A DNA stretch of 63,800 bases, filler included. It is 3 parts of 3 records of this genome, joined end to end, with 100 filler letters (N's around TTAATTAATTAA, not from the genome) between each part and the next. Parts side by side here need not be neighbours in the genome. Positions count along the whole stretch, not along the records: positions 1 to 29,455 come from SRR31156797_4052; positions 29,556 to 57,787 come from SRR31156797_4055; 1 more part is not named here. One strand, 5' to 3'. The translations under genes and the position numbers were made by a program. The notes beneath the pieces were generated by a model. It saw only the letters and a program-made list of their open reading frames with translations, did no database searches and was not told the origin of the DNA. Below are positions 21,751 through 31,646 of the stretch, piece after piece (the stretch's first letter is position 1; each line of letters opens with the position of its first letter).

Positions 21751-23345
21751 ATGTAACCTCTTTGTTTTTCTATTTTATACTCTCTAAGTTTATTAAGTAG
21801 ATTCACGGAATCAAAATCACTTTTTAAATTCATTTTAATTCCATAATTAAATATTCTTAGTAGATTTTTAACCTCATCTATATTAATTCCGTTATTTGTT
21901 AAATAGAATATTGAATCAAAATCAAAATCATATTGCGGTATCCAAACAGACTCAGTAATCATCATAAACAACTTTTCTATCCATTCCATTGAGGTTTTAG
22001 AGTCCATTGTATTATGAGACCACGTAAATTGTGATCCTTTCAAATTAAAGTCTTCCTTTCTACTATATATGTCCGTAAGTTTATCACAGTACCATAGCTG
22101 TATACGATAGAAGTCTGGTTTGGTTCTTTGTATAAAATCATATGTTGCTTTAATCGTTTTTTCAGTTTCCCCTGGAAAACCTATGATAAATGACGCAAAT
22201 GTAGTTATTCCATTTTCCTTTAAATGCATTATTCCGTTTTCAACATCATTAATTTTCGCTCTTTTATTCATTAAATCAAGAATTTCTTGACTCCCTGATT
22301 CTACTCCAAGAAAAACCCCTTCTGCACCACTACGTTTCATCAACTCTGCGCTCTCTTTGTCAATGTACTGGCTTCGTATATATGCATGCCATTTAAAATC
22401 GTATTTTTTCTCAATCATCTTTTTTAATAAATTTTTGAATCTTCTCTCAGGAATATTAAATGTATCATCTATGAAATGTATACTCTTAGTCTTATCAATT
22501 GCTTTTAGCGCGTCTAGTTCATATTCTATTCTTTCAATACTTACGCTTTGGAAATCTCCTGCATGCTTCGGAAATGCACAAAATGAGCAATTAAATGCAC
22601 ATGATATACATGTTCTAATAGCCACATGTTTCAAATCGTATTCTTTAAAATAAGACCAATCTATCATATTAGGGCTTAATTTAACGTTTTCTTCAACTAA
22701 ACTCGTATATTTATATCCACCATCACATCTATAAATGATGTTATTAATGTTTTCAAAACAGCAGCCATTTTTGATTGCATTTATAATGTTAAGTAAAGTA
22801 CATTCACCTTGAACAGAGTTTACATATATATCTGCACTAATGTATGCAAACAAATAATCTTGTACTGACTTTTCTTGCAGCATACATATATTAAATATAT
22901 ACGGACCTCCAATTATCACTTTAGCATTCTTCTTAAAATCCTTAATGTGATTCATTATTTCAATGATTGGCAAATGTGATACATATAAAGTTGTTGTTAT
23001 AGCAATTGTTTTATACTCATTTTTTTTTAATTTATCCAGTAATAGTTCTTTCTCATATTGGTAATTTTGTACAAAATCAAATGTAAACCCTCTTTTGCTT
23101 CCATAACTAATTAAATATGCTATAGTATTACTTAATGTTTTACCAAATGATATTTTGTCACAGTTGTTTGCGCTAATAAACTCATTGTACATATCAGAAA
23201 AAGTATATGGTTGATTTTGAACCATAATAAAACTAAACATCAAATCACGATAGGCTTCATTATTAACCCCTGTTTCCCTAATAGTGCTCTCATAATTATT
23301 AAAATTCATAACATTATGTCCTACAATTAAGCAATCGTACATCAT
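21747..23345 (-). CDS. Cobalamin-dependent radical SAM methyltransferase, PhpK-like family
   Basis: CAFNCSFC motif, N-terminal DCLIVGHN...AYRDL, B12-binding-like AITTTLYV/IIGGPY, FIDDTFN, GVESGS, IIGFPGET. Confidence 0.8.
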   Translation of the reverse strand: MMYDCLIVGHNVMNFNNYESTIRETGVNNEAYRDLMFSFIMVQNQPYTFSDMYNEFISANNCDKISFGKTLSNTIAYLISYGSKRGFTFDFVQNYQYEKELLLDKLKKNEYKTIAITTTLYVSHLPIIEIMNHIKDFKKNAKVIIGGPYIFNICMLQEKSVQDYLFAYISADIYVNSVQGECTLLNIINAIKNGCCFENINNIIYRCDGGYKYTSLVEENVKLSPNMIDWSYFKEYDLKHVAIRTCISCAFNCSFCAFPKHAGDFQSVSIERIEYELDALKAIDKTKSIHFIDDTFNIPERRFKNLLKKMIEKKYDFKWHAYIRSQYIDKESAELMKRSGAEGVFLGVESGSQEILDLMNKRAKINDVENGIMHLKENGITTFASFIIGFPGETEKTIKATYDFIQRTKPDFYRIQLWYCDKLTDIYSRKEDFNLKGSQFTWSHNTMDSKTSMEWIEKLFMMITESVWIPQYDFDFDSIFYLTNNGINIDEVKNLLRIFNYGIKMNLKSDFDSVNLLNKLREYKIEKQRGYI

Positions 23346-23346
23346 T

Positions 23347-24015
23347 CTATAATCTCACCTTTATATTTATATATTCTATACATTCATTTAAATCATCTAA
23401 TGTTAATTTTATTAAGCCAGCTTTACGCAAACTACCGCATACTGATAAACAATAGTCTTGAAAACTATATAAACTAAATTCACAATTATATTTTATGAAT
23501 TGATCACTTATTACTCCTGAAAAATCCAATGAGCACATTTCATTTGTTAAACCGGTACCTTTATACTTCAGATAGCTTTCTTTCAACACCCAAAACTTCA
23601 TAAATGTTATATTTTTTTTACTTGCACAGTACATTTCTGTCTTTTCATTTTCATTACAAACAGATTCAATTATTTTACAGTCATATGACTGATAATCCTG
23701 AATATCTATTCCAATTTCACTGTCAGAAACAGCACAAGCTACTCCTAAATCACAATGGCTAATACTAAATTGAACCAAACAATCCTGTATTTTCGGTTTT
23801 CCAAACTCGTTATAATTAAAATCAACTACTCTTCTAATCCCATACTCATTATTTAAACTGTATAGCAACATAATATATGCAACTACTCCTAATACGGCAT
23901 CCTTGCGTCTGTAGTACCTCTTAATTCTATCTAGTCTATTTTGCGGTATATAGTTTAAGAATCTATTATAATGAATCTGATTAATTTTATCTAAATCATC
24001 AAAAACATATATCAT
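23347..24015 (-). CDS. Sfp-type 4'-phosphopantetheinyl transferase
   Basis: FGKP, FSISH, IGIDIQ, FWVLKESYLK. Confidence 0.92.
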   Translation of the reverse strand: MIYVFDDLDKINQIHYNRFLNYIPQNRLDRIKRYYRRKDAVLGVVAYIMLLYSLNNEYGIRRVVDFNYNEFGKPKIQDCLVQFSISHCDLGVACAVSDSEIGIDIQDYQSYDCKIIESVCNENEKTEMYCASKKNITFMKFWVLKESYLKYKGTGLTNEMCSLDFSGVISDQFIKYNCEFSLYSFQDYCLSVCGSLRKAGLIKLTLDDLNECIEYINIKVRL

Positions 24016-24244
24016 CGTTTACTAGCTTTAACTCAATATAGTTTACTACGTCCTTGACTTTCTCTAGCTGATACATATCCTCTATATCAATCTCAATATT
24101 GTAGTCATCTTCAACTTGATTGCATAACTGTATTAATCCTATCGAATTCATACCTAGGTCTTTAACCAAGTCAGAATCTCCACTTATCCCCTCTTCACTA
24201 ATACCTTGGTAATTACAGATGAAGCTTATAATTTTTCTTTTCAC
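23999..24244 (-). CDS. Stand-alone acyl carrier protein
   Basis: 81 aa acidic protein, DLGMNS motif. Confidence 0.88.
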   Translation of the reverse strand: MKRKIISFICNYQGISEEGISGDSDLVKDLGMNSIGLIQLCNQVEDDYNIEIDIEDMYQLEKVKDVVNYIELKLVNDDICF

Positions 24245-24256
24245 TAGTTTCTACCT

Positions 24257-25909
24257 CTATATCGTTTTATTTCTTTTAATTTTGCCAGTAGTCGTTTTTT
24301 CAAATTCGTTCTGTCTAATCTTAATATGTTGGATTCTTTTGTAATTAGGTAATGTTTTATTGATAACGTTTATTTCATTATTAATATATTTTTCTATATT
24401 TTGAACACCATGCTGTTCGATATAATCGTAATTAGGAACTATAGTAGCGCATATGGCAATTATGTCATTAATATGTTCTGAATGAACAATAACTTCATCT
24501 ACTATATCAAGTGGCTTTATATGCTCTTCTAGTTCTTCTGGTGATACATTTTCTCCATTATCTAGTATAATCAAGTTCTTCTTTCTGCCAGTAATATACA
24601 AGAACCCTTTTCTGTCAATATGTCCCATATCCCCTGTTTTAAACCACTTACCTTCAAATGCTTTTTTATTGGATTCAAAATCATTATAGTATCCCTTCAT
24701 TACAATACTTCCTGCAACTTGAATCTCTCCATTAACAATACGCACCTGACAATATTCACATGGTGCTAATCTTCCAACAGAATTTAGTTTCTTATCTCCT
24801 ATCATGTTACATGATACAACTGGTGAACATTCAGTAATACCATACCCGTTTAATAGATTAATTCCAAAAGCATCAAATTCTTTTACTAGATTACTTCCCA
24901 AATGAGCACCTCCGCAGACAATTGTGTTTAAATTGCCCCCGAAGGTATTATGAATTTCCTTGAATAGTTTCTTCCTAACGTCAATCCCAACCAACAAGAG
25001 CATCCTGCTTAAAAATAATGCAAACTTAAGCTTTTTATCCCTTTTTTCAGCCCTTGCCTTCATCCATATTCTTTTACTAAGCATCTCAACTGCTTGCGGA
25101 ACTAATATAAGTATAGACGGCTTAAAAAGTATCAAACTTTGTTCAAAGTATCGTATACCTTTTCCTATACAAATTGTAGCTCCAACATATATTGGACATT
25201 GTATACCTGTTGTAAGTTCAAATGTATGATTTACTGGCAATAAGGGAATAGTCGCAGAATAATCTCCATTACCAACTAAATAATAACTACATAAAAGATT
25301 GTCACATAGATTTCGATGTGATAATATTACTCCTTTGCTTACACCTGTTGTACCAGACGTAAATACTATAACTGCTGTCATGTCTCCGCTTATTATCACA
25401 TTATTATACTCATTAGCATTCCCTTGTTTAATAGATTCCTCTGGAAGCTTTATACAATCCTCATGGTCATCTATGCAAATAGTAAAACGGATATCTTTAA
25501 GTGCTTCTTGCATTTTATCGATATGTTTTTTGTATTTCTTTTCGTAGAATACTGCATCTGCCTTAACTCTTTTTATCAAGTCTATAATGTTTTCATCATT
25601 AAGCTTAGTGTCCATAGGGACAACTGTCATTCCTGCACTTACAATTCCATAGAATGCGACTATCCATCGATAACTTACATCAGCTAATAAAACTATATTT
25701 GCTAATTCGTACTTTGAACTCAATAATTTATTAGCTAATCTGCTAACATCATCTTTAAGTGCTAAAAAGGATTTTGTTAAAACCTGATTACCTTCAATAT
25801 ATTTAACAGCAGGCTTTTCAGAGTATTTCGACGCTGATAGATTAATCAACTCTTTCATATTTTCAATGTAATCAATATTAATCCCATTTATCGAAGTTAT
25901 GCTCTTCAT
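24257..25909 (-). CDS. Long-chain acyl-CoA/acyl-ACP ligase (AMP-binding)
   Basis: FTSGTTGVSKG, GYGITE, WFKTGD, GRKKNLIILDNGENVSPEE, KTTTGKIKR. Confidence 0.88.
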   Translation of the reverse strand: MKSITSINGINIDYIENMKELINLSASKYSEKPAVKYIEGNQVLTKSFLALKDDVSRLANKLLSSKYELANIVLLADVSYRWIVAFYGIVSAGMTVVPMDTKLNDENIIDLIKRVKADAVFYEKKYKKHIDKMQEALKDIRFTICIDDHEDCIKLPEESIKQGNANEYNNVIISGDMTAVIVFTSGTTGVSKGVILSHRNLCDNLLCSYYLVGNGDYSATIPLLPVNHTFELTTGIQCPIYVGATICIGKGIRYFEQSLILFKPSILILVPQAVEMLSKRIWMKARAEKRDKKLKFALFLSRMLLLVGIDVRKKLFKEIHNTFGGNLNTIVCGGAHLGSNLVKEFDAFGINLLNGYGITECSPVVSCNMIGDKKLNSVGRLAPCEYCQVRIVNGEIQVAGSIVMKGYYNDFESNKKAFEGKWFKTGDMGHIDRKGFLYITGRKKNLIILDNGENVSPEELEEHIKPLDIVDEVIVHSEHINDIIAICATIVPNYDYIEQHGVQNIEKYINNEINVINKTLPNYKRIQHIKIRQNEFEKTTTGKIKRNKTI

Positions 25910-25940
25910 ATCAAATCTCCTATTAAATCCAAATATTCAA

Positions 25941-26090
25941 TCACTTATTTATTTGTTTCATTAGTTCTTTAGGTACCTTAGGTTGGTTAAAGAAAAACCA
26001 ACAATTAAAAAACAAACTAGTTGTCGCAACAATAACTGCAAATGCACCGAGATGAGCCAAAAAACTACGCATTAAACTCTTTTTCTTCAT
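25941..26090 (-). CDS. agrD: AgrD-type cyclic autoinducer peptide precursor (49 aa; predicted core CWFFF)
   Basis: AGAGG RBS before ATG at 26090; hydrophobic leader, C-x4 core, QPKVPKEL tail typical of clostridial AgrD; follows agrB. Confidence 0.88.
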   Translation of the reverse strand: MKKKSLMRSFLAHLGAFAVIVATTSLFFNCWFFFNQPKVPKELMKQINK

Positions 26091-26261
26091 TTTAATAAAC
26101 CTCTTTATATATAATATTTTAATAATCACAACTTATTTGAATAGCTACTTTCCTTAACTATATTTTCTATCATTTCATAATAGAAGCTTTCTCAATCCCT
26201 AAACTTATTTATTTTCTCTGTATGAAAAAATCGTAATTTCAAGCAAACTTTACTATTACAA

Positions 26262-26828
26262 TTATTTTTTTTGTGGAACTAATGTAAGAGATTCAACAAC
26301 TAGACCACTTGAAAAATATGTAATGATATATAATTGCTCACTACATAGTATCGATGCTATTGCTAGAGTAATAGTATATATTACCACAAGGTATCTACTA
26401 ATCTTCTTATGTTTGTTTTTTTGTTCTGTGCTTAATGGCTTGTTCTCTGAAGTTTTGGGCGAATAGGTAAATACTATAATAATGCTTATTGCACATGATA
26501 AAGCAATGTATAATGTATAGTATCTCGAAATTATTATGCAGACTATCAGACAATAAACTAAAAAGAAGGTCACAATATAGTATAGTACACATTTAAAGTG
26601 ATTTTCTGCATGGTATCCACCAGCAAAAACTCTTAATGAAGCAAATGTAAGAATATAGCATAAAGACTCTGTAAAGCATCCGAACACAATAGCTATAAAT
26701 GTAATTGCACAAAGGTTAATAATTGTTGATAAAATCAATTGAATTCCATAATAATAAACATGATAACTTATATCTTTATCTTCATTATTTCTATATATCG
26801 ATTTTGCAATTTTCTCTACAATCACCAT
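26262..26828 (-). CDS. agrB: AgrB membrane cysteine protease
   Basis: YGIQ, LRVFAGGYHA...C catalytic motif, SP...NKP. Confidence 0.92.
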   Translation of the reverse strand: MVIVEKIAKSIYRNNEDKDISYHVYYYGIQLILSTIINLCAITFIAIVFGCFTESLCYILTFASLRVFAGGYHAENHFKCVLYYIVTFFLVYCLIVCIIISRYYTLYIALSCAISIIIVFTYSPKTSENKPLSTEQKNKHKKISRYLVVIYTITLAIASILCSEQLYIITYFSSGLVVESLTLVPQKK

Positions 26829-26878
26829 ATCAAAAGCCTTTCTCAGATTAAATTCAATATAATAATATAAATAATAAT

Positions 26879-26906
26879 AAAAAAAACAACCATCATTTGA
26901 TGATTG
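26879..26906 (-). terminator. Possible intrinsic terminator after agrC
   Basis: Minus strand CAATCATC-AAAT-GATGGTTG stem (one G-U pair) followed by a T run; AT-rich and weak. Confidence 0.45.
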
Positions 26907-26931
26907 GACCTTAAGTCATTATAAATGAATA

Positions 26932-28242
26932 TTATACACATTCATCTGTATTATGTAATGTAATCAATAATTGAAATTCAGTATCAGTATTATCTAAAAA
27001 CATTTCACCATTATATTTCTTAGTTATATTATTAATATTTAATAATCCATATCCGTGAACATCTTTATTTTGCTTATTAGTAATATATTGTCCTTTTTCT
27101 TTTTTAATATATATACTATTCAAGCTATTATTACAAGCAATCTGCAAGTATTTAAAACGTGTACTAATCGAAAAATCTATTTTAGGATTAACTTCAACCT
27201 TCTTACAAGCTTCAATTGCATTATCCAGTATATTTCCTATGATTATACACAAATCCTTATCTTCTATACAAATGTCTTTATCAATTTTAGAAACAATATT
27301 AATCTCAATATCTTCATCTATAGCAATTAAACTTTTAGAATAAATAATGCTAGAAAGCACCAAATTCTCTGTAATACCGATAATCTTTGTTTTATTAATT
27401 GGATTTACTATTGTTCTTACATAATCATTAAGTTCATCATATTTTTTCAACTCTAGATACCCCAATACACAAGTCATATGGTTAGCGAAATCATGACGTA
27501 TTCTTTTCATCTCTTCAATAGATGACTTCACATCACTAACATATTTATACTGCATCTCTTTTTGAGTATTGAATACTTTTTTCTCTAACAGTTCCTTAGC
27601 CTGTGAGATTATTATCAAGTATAAACAAACAGCTAAAACACAAATAACAGATGTGATTATTAATAGTATAATAACATATACTGATTCTATACTTAAACTT
27701 TCGTAAATCTCAAATTGTAGCATCATAAACACAATTATGCTTATCAAAAACACTATTACGATTATTATGATTTTTGGGTTGGTTTGTATTGATAAAAAAG
27801 TATGTGATGATTTATTTATATAAAAATAAATAAGAATTATAGTCAAAAATTTTGCAAATAACAATGCAATTAATCTGTAAATATTATTATCTGCGAAAAC
27901 AGTTACTGGTTGTCCAGTAATCCATATGAACATGCTAAGCACAATATTTTCAATTAATATCATACTTACTATTGTAAATAAAAAGTTAAGAAATAACACA
28001 AACAACCTACCATAAAACAAAATTGCAATCGATAAAAATAATAATGCATAAAGTAACACTTTGATTTTTAAGCTGGCATTAATATATAGCATTATATAGG
28101 AAAGAATAGCTACTACAATAACATAAATAACTGTAATCCCCTTAGAATGTTTTCGTGTAAAGCAAGCATTAATATAAAAAAACAATATAATTGTATCAAT
28201 TAAATTTGCAAATAAGCCAACAGCTTCCCATAAAAAATTCAT
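26932..28242 (-). CDS. agrC: AgrC-type GHKL sensor histidine kinase
   Basis: Multi-TM N-terminus, RHDFANH H-box, GNILDNAIEA, HGYGL. Confidence 0.9.
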   Translation of the reverse strand: MNFLWEAVGLFANLIDTIILFFYINACFTRKHSKGITVIYVIVVAILSYIMLYINASLKIKVLLYALLFLSIAILFYGRLFVLFLNFLFTIVSMILIENIVLSMFIWITGQPVTVFADNNIYRLIALLFAKFLTIILIYFYINKSSHTFLSIQTNPKIIIIVIVFLISIIVFMMLQFEIYESLSIESVYVIILLIITSVICVLAVCLYLIIISQAKELLEKKVFNTQKEMQYKYVSDVKSSIEEMKRIRHDFANHMTCVLGYLELKKYDELNDYVRTIVNPINKTKIIGITENLVLSSIIYSKSLIAIDEDIEINIVSKIDKDICIEDKDLCIIIGNILDNAIEACKKVEVNPKIDFSISTRFKYLQIACNNSLNSIYIKKEKGQYITNKQNKDVHGYGLLNINNITKKYNGEMFLDNTDTEFQLLITLHNTDECV

Positions 28243-28968
28243 TTATATACCCAAATTCTTATAAAAACACTTTTTTACTTTGTTAATATTCTTCTTACTA
28301 ACAGGAACAGTATAATCTTTTTCTAAATATAGCATTTGCTTTTCATAATGAACCACTTTATTAATGTTTACAATAAATCCTTGATGAGGCTGAATAAATT
28401 GTTCATCTTCTAATTTAACAATTATATTTTTAAGACTATCATAGTTTTCATATATTGAATTGTCACATACATATTTAACTTTATTCTTAATCTTTTCAAT
28501 ATATAACAACTGATGTAATTTTACTTTAACAATTTCCTTATTATAGTCAATTACAAGTATACTGTTTTTCTTGTTCGAAAAATTTTTACATAAGCTTAAT
28601 GCATCTTCTAATGCTCGCTTTAACTGTTTATCATTAATCGGTTTAATAATATAATCAAAAGGTCTACTTTCATAGGCATTTAGAGCATAATCCACATATC
28701 CTGTAGCGTAAATAATAATCACGTATTTATCTAGATCTCTAATCATTTTCCCGAGTTTAATTCCATTAATTTGTGGCATTTCAACATCTAATAAAATTAT
28801 ATCATATCTTACTTCCCTCGTTTTTATCTTCTCATAAATCTCTTTACCTGATTGATACAAATCTGTTCTCACTTCTTCATTTAATTCTTCAAATATATTA
28901 TCTGTTTTATCTTTAAGAATCATTATCTGTTCGGAAATATCATCGCAAATAGCCATAGAATACATCAT
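28243..28968 (-). CDS. agrA: AgrA-type LytTR response regulator
   Basis: ICDD, LDVEMP receiver domain, FIQPHQGFIVN LytTR motif. Confidence 0.9.
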   Translation of the reverse strand: MMYSMAICDDISEQIMILKDKTDNIFEELNEEVRTDLYQSGKEIYEKIKTREVRYDIILLDVEMPQINGIKLGKMIRDLDKYVIIIYATGYVDYALNAYESRPFDYIIKPINDKQLKRALEDALSLCKNFSNKKNSILVIDYNKEIVKVKLHQLLYIEKIKNKVKYVCDNSIYENYDSLKNIIVKLEDEQFIQPHQGFIVNINKVVHYEKQMLYLEKDYTVPVSKKNINKVKKCFYKNLGI

Positions 28969-29338
28969 TTATATTCCTACCTCTCGTAATATTTATATTC
29001 ATTAGTAATCTTATACAAGTTTCACATAACACTAATATCTCTGTTTATACTGCTACAATGTCCATTTTGTATATTATTTTGATTAATCTATTAAATTCTA
29101 CAATATAAAGCGTTTAAACTTAATTAACTTAGCTGCATAATTAATCACTTTCTATTTATCCTTAAAAATAAATACTAAGTTCTTAGCTTTTATTTCTACA
29201 ATTAACTCTTTATAATAATTAATTTTACTAAACCCTTAGTTCTTAACAAGTATACTAGTTATTTTACCATATTTCTATATTTAATGGCAATATTTTTATA
29301 TTACTACCATAAATTCTCATTCATATACTATGTAAAAC

Positions 29339-29455
29339 GGTTCTGGTGCAAATAATTTCAGAAGCTAAAAAATTACCAGTTTGCTATCAATATCCTATGC
29401 TGCTTCATTCATAATTTCATTTATAAATTGCACCTCAGACTGGACACATCGAATA
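29339..29455 (-). mobile_element. Right end of an IS6-family (IS240-like) element: transposase C-terminus and terminal IR
   Basis: GGTTCTGGTGCAAA at 29339-29352 matches IS6/IS240-type ends; frame 29454-29395 reads IRCVQSEVQFINEIMNEAA*; contig breaks here. Confidence 0.7.
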
Positions 29456-29555
29456 NNNNNNNNNNNNNNNNNNNNNNNNNNNNNNNNNNNNNNNNNNNNT
29501 TAATTAATTAANNNNNNNNNNNNNNNNNNNNNNNNNNNNNNNNNNNNNNNNNNNN
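29456..29555. other. Artificial contig spacer
   Basis: N44-TTAATTAATTAA-N44. Confidence 0.99.
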
Positions 29556-29901
29556 ATCACCGGCTCTCTGGCTCTTTACCGCTGATATCGCTGTCCCTGC
29601 TCCATTCATGGCGACGCATGCAATCGGATCTGGTGCTCGCCTGAAACTGCATTTCTCCCAAGGTGAAAATGCTCGCCTGAACGAATTGTTTTTTTTGTTT
29701 ATATTCTGATTAAACATTTATTATGTAAGTAAATGGTAGTTAGCTTGAGTTAATTTTTTAGTTGCAAAATCTTGCACAAATAAATCATTCGTGTATATGA
29801 TAGGGGTGTTAAAATACCAGAGATCGGTAGTAAACCTTAAGCTTGTGTCCACTTTTTTGTGAATCATCGCTGCTCTCGATCTCACCCTCTGGCATTATGA
29901 A

Positions 29902-31029
29902 ATGAAACAGTATTCTGCAGAATTACTCAGGCACGAAAAAAACGCAAAACTATTTATAATTGCCGTCACACTGGCAAGCATTGCAGCCGCCTTCTATCTC
30001 TTTCATCTCAGGATGCAAATTACGACGCTCTGCCATGAGTCTCTGGTTCTGGAACAGGTCGAGGACAGGATTTCCTTTGGGAGCCAAGACCGCATTCTGA
30101 ATCTCGACGATATTACCCAGGTCGCCATGGGCGTAATGGACGCCAATAGCCGGGAGGGCGGCGGGGCGTATTTGGATGAACTGTCACAGTATTTGTTCTT
30201 CCTCCAGAGAGACGAACGCATGTACGGAAAAGCGGAACCCCTCGTACTTGACGAGCTGCAGCGTCTTCAGGAACATATTCCGATGGTTGCGCAGAAACAT
30301 CAGCAGCTGTGCTTTGTGATTAGCTGTATCATATCAATCCTTCTGGGGGCAGACTCTTTGCTCCTTCTGTTCATCTTTCTCAAGAGGCGTAATCATAAAG
30401 AGGCGGAGAGACTTGTCCAGAGGATGGATGAGCGGTATATGGATATTCTGGAGCAGGACAAGAATCTGGTTGCCTGTGAGCTGCATGACGACCTGGCTCA
30501 GAAACTGGCGCAGATAAACCGTTATTTTCAGGATCCCGAAGGTGAGAAGGATTCGGTGGATCTGTTAAAACGTTATTCGGGTGAGGCCATCCAGCAGATC
30601 CGCATGGTCACGAACCGATTGAAGACTCCCCGTATTCAGGATCAGAATCCCAGGGAAGCTTTTGAAACCCTTTTCTCCGACTTTTCCGTCCTTACGGGGA
30701 TAAATCTGGAATACTCTCTTATCGGGTTAAGCTATCTCAAGGTTTCCGGGGATATTCTGATCCATGCCTACCGCATTGTGCAGGAGCTTTTGAACAATGC
30801 GATTAAGCATTCGGGGGCGGAAAAGCTGTACGTGGCTATTCTGTACAGCCATCCGGAGCTGTTGATAAAGTACAGTGACGACGGCATCGGCTACGATCCG
30901 AAGCTCAGCAGGGACAAGGGCCTGGGACTGGAGAGCATCCGCTTCCGTATGGACTATCTGAAGGCTGAATATCTTAATTACAGTACCGATGGCGGTGTGG
31001 AACTCTCCATAAGGATACCGATTGTATGA
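29902..31029 (+). CDS. Two-TM sensor histidine kinase (HisKA_3, NarX/ComP type)
   Basis: ELHDDLAQ, QELLNNAIKH, DDGIG, GLGL. Confidence 0.9.
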   Translation: MKQYSAELLRHEKNAKLFIIAVTLASIAAAFYLFHLRMQITTLCHESLVLEQVEDRISFGSQDRILNLDDITQVAMGVMDANSREGGGAYLDELSQYLFFLQRDERMYGKAEPLVLDELQRLQEHIPMVAQKHQQLCFVISCIISILLGADSLLLLFIFLKRRNHKEAERLVQRMDERYMDILEQDKNLVACELHDDLAQKLAQINRYFQDPEGEKDSVDLLKRYSGEAIQQIRMVTNRLKTPRIQDQNPREAFETLFSDFSVLTGINLEYSLIGLSYLKVSGDILIHAYRIVQELLNNAIKHSGAEKLYVAILYSHPELLIKYSDDGIGYDPKLSRDKGLGLESIRFRMDYLKAEYLNYSTDGGVELSIRIPIV

Positions 31030-31640
31030 ATGTACTTCTGATTGACGATCACAGGCTAATCTACCAGGGCTTTGAGAGGCAGTTCGACGATCTGGTCGAT
31101 CTCTACTATGCCAGCGACGCGGCGTCGGCCAAGGAGATCATACACAGCCGCACCATCGATATAGCGGTTGTGGATATCTCTTTAGGACGGGAGAACGGCT
31201 TCGATGTGGCCAGGGATATCCGAAACTTCGTCGACAAGATTTTTATGCTGACCATGCACAAGTCGGGGATCTATCTGCAGCAGACCATTGACGAGGGATA
31301 TCACGGCTATTACCTGAAGGACGAGTCCCTTGAGCTGATGGGAGAGGCCTTCCGGGATCCCGATAAACGGGAGTTCTGGATGACCGATGAGGTCGCCTCT
31401 GTCAGAAAGGAAGACAGGTTTACCCAGGACGAGCTCTATGATAAGCTCTCCCCCCGTGAACAGCAGATCCTGCGGATGATCGCAGAGGGGAAGGGCTACC
31501 GTGAGATCGGGGACGCCCTGAGCATCAGCGCCAAGACCGTCAACGTGCACAGGGCCAATATCATGAAGAAGCTGAATATAGAGAATCAGATCGATATTGT
31601 GAAGTACGCCTTGAAGATCGGGATAATCAATCTGGACTGA
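31026..31640 (+). CDS. NarL/LuxR-family response regulator
   Basis: LIDDH receiver, LSPREQQIL...SAKTVNVHRANIMKKL HTH. Confidence 0.93.
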   Translation: MNVLLIDDHRLIYQGFERQFDDLVDLYYASDAASAKEIIHSRTIDIAVVDISLGRENGFDVARDIRNFVDKIFMLTMHKSGIYLQQTIDEGYHGYYLKDESLELMGEAFRDPDKREFWMTDEVASVRKEDRFTQDELYDKLSPREQQILRMIAEGKGYREIGDALSISAKTVNVHRANIMKKLNIENQIDIVKYALKIGIINLD

Positions 31641-31646
31641 AACATT

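Noticed and set aside
26091-26261. Possible AgrA/LytTR direct-repeat site before agrD
   Set aside because: Partial matches (ATAGTTAAG, ACTTATTT twice) lack the expected spacing and the region is very AT-rich
10-27330. Many short plus-strand ORFs in contig 1
   Set aside because: Antisense shadows of well-supported minus-strand genes with no recognisable motifs
29500-29511. TTAATTAATTAA palindrome, also at 57832-57843
   Set aside because: Artificial all-frame stop linker
29508-29717. 69-aa minus ORF with duplicated SFRRA (TGCTCGCCTGAA twice)
   Set aside because: Runs into the N gap, has no clear RBS or family motif, and two copies do not make a CRISPR or repeat array
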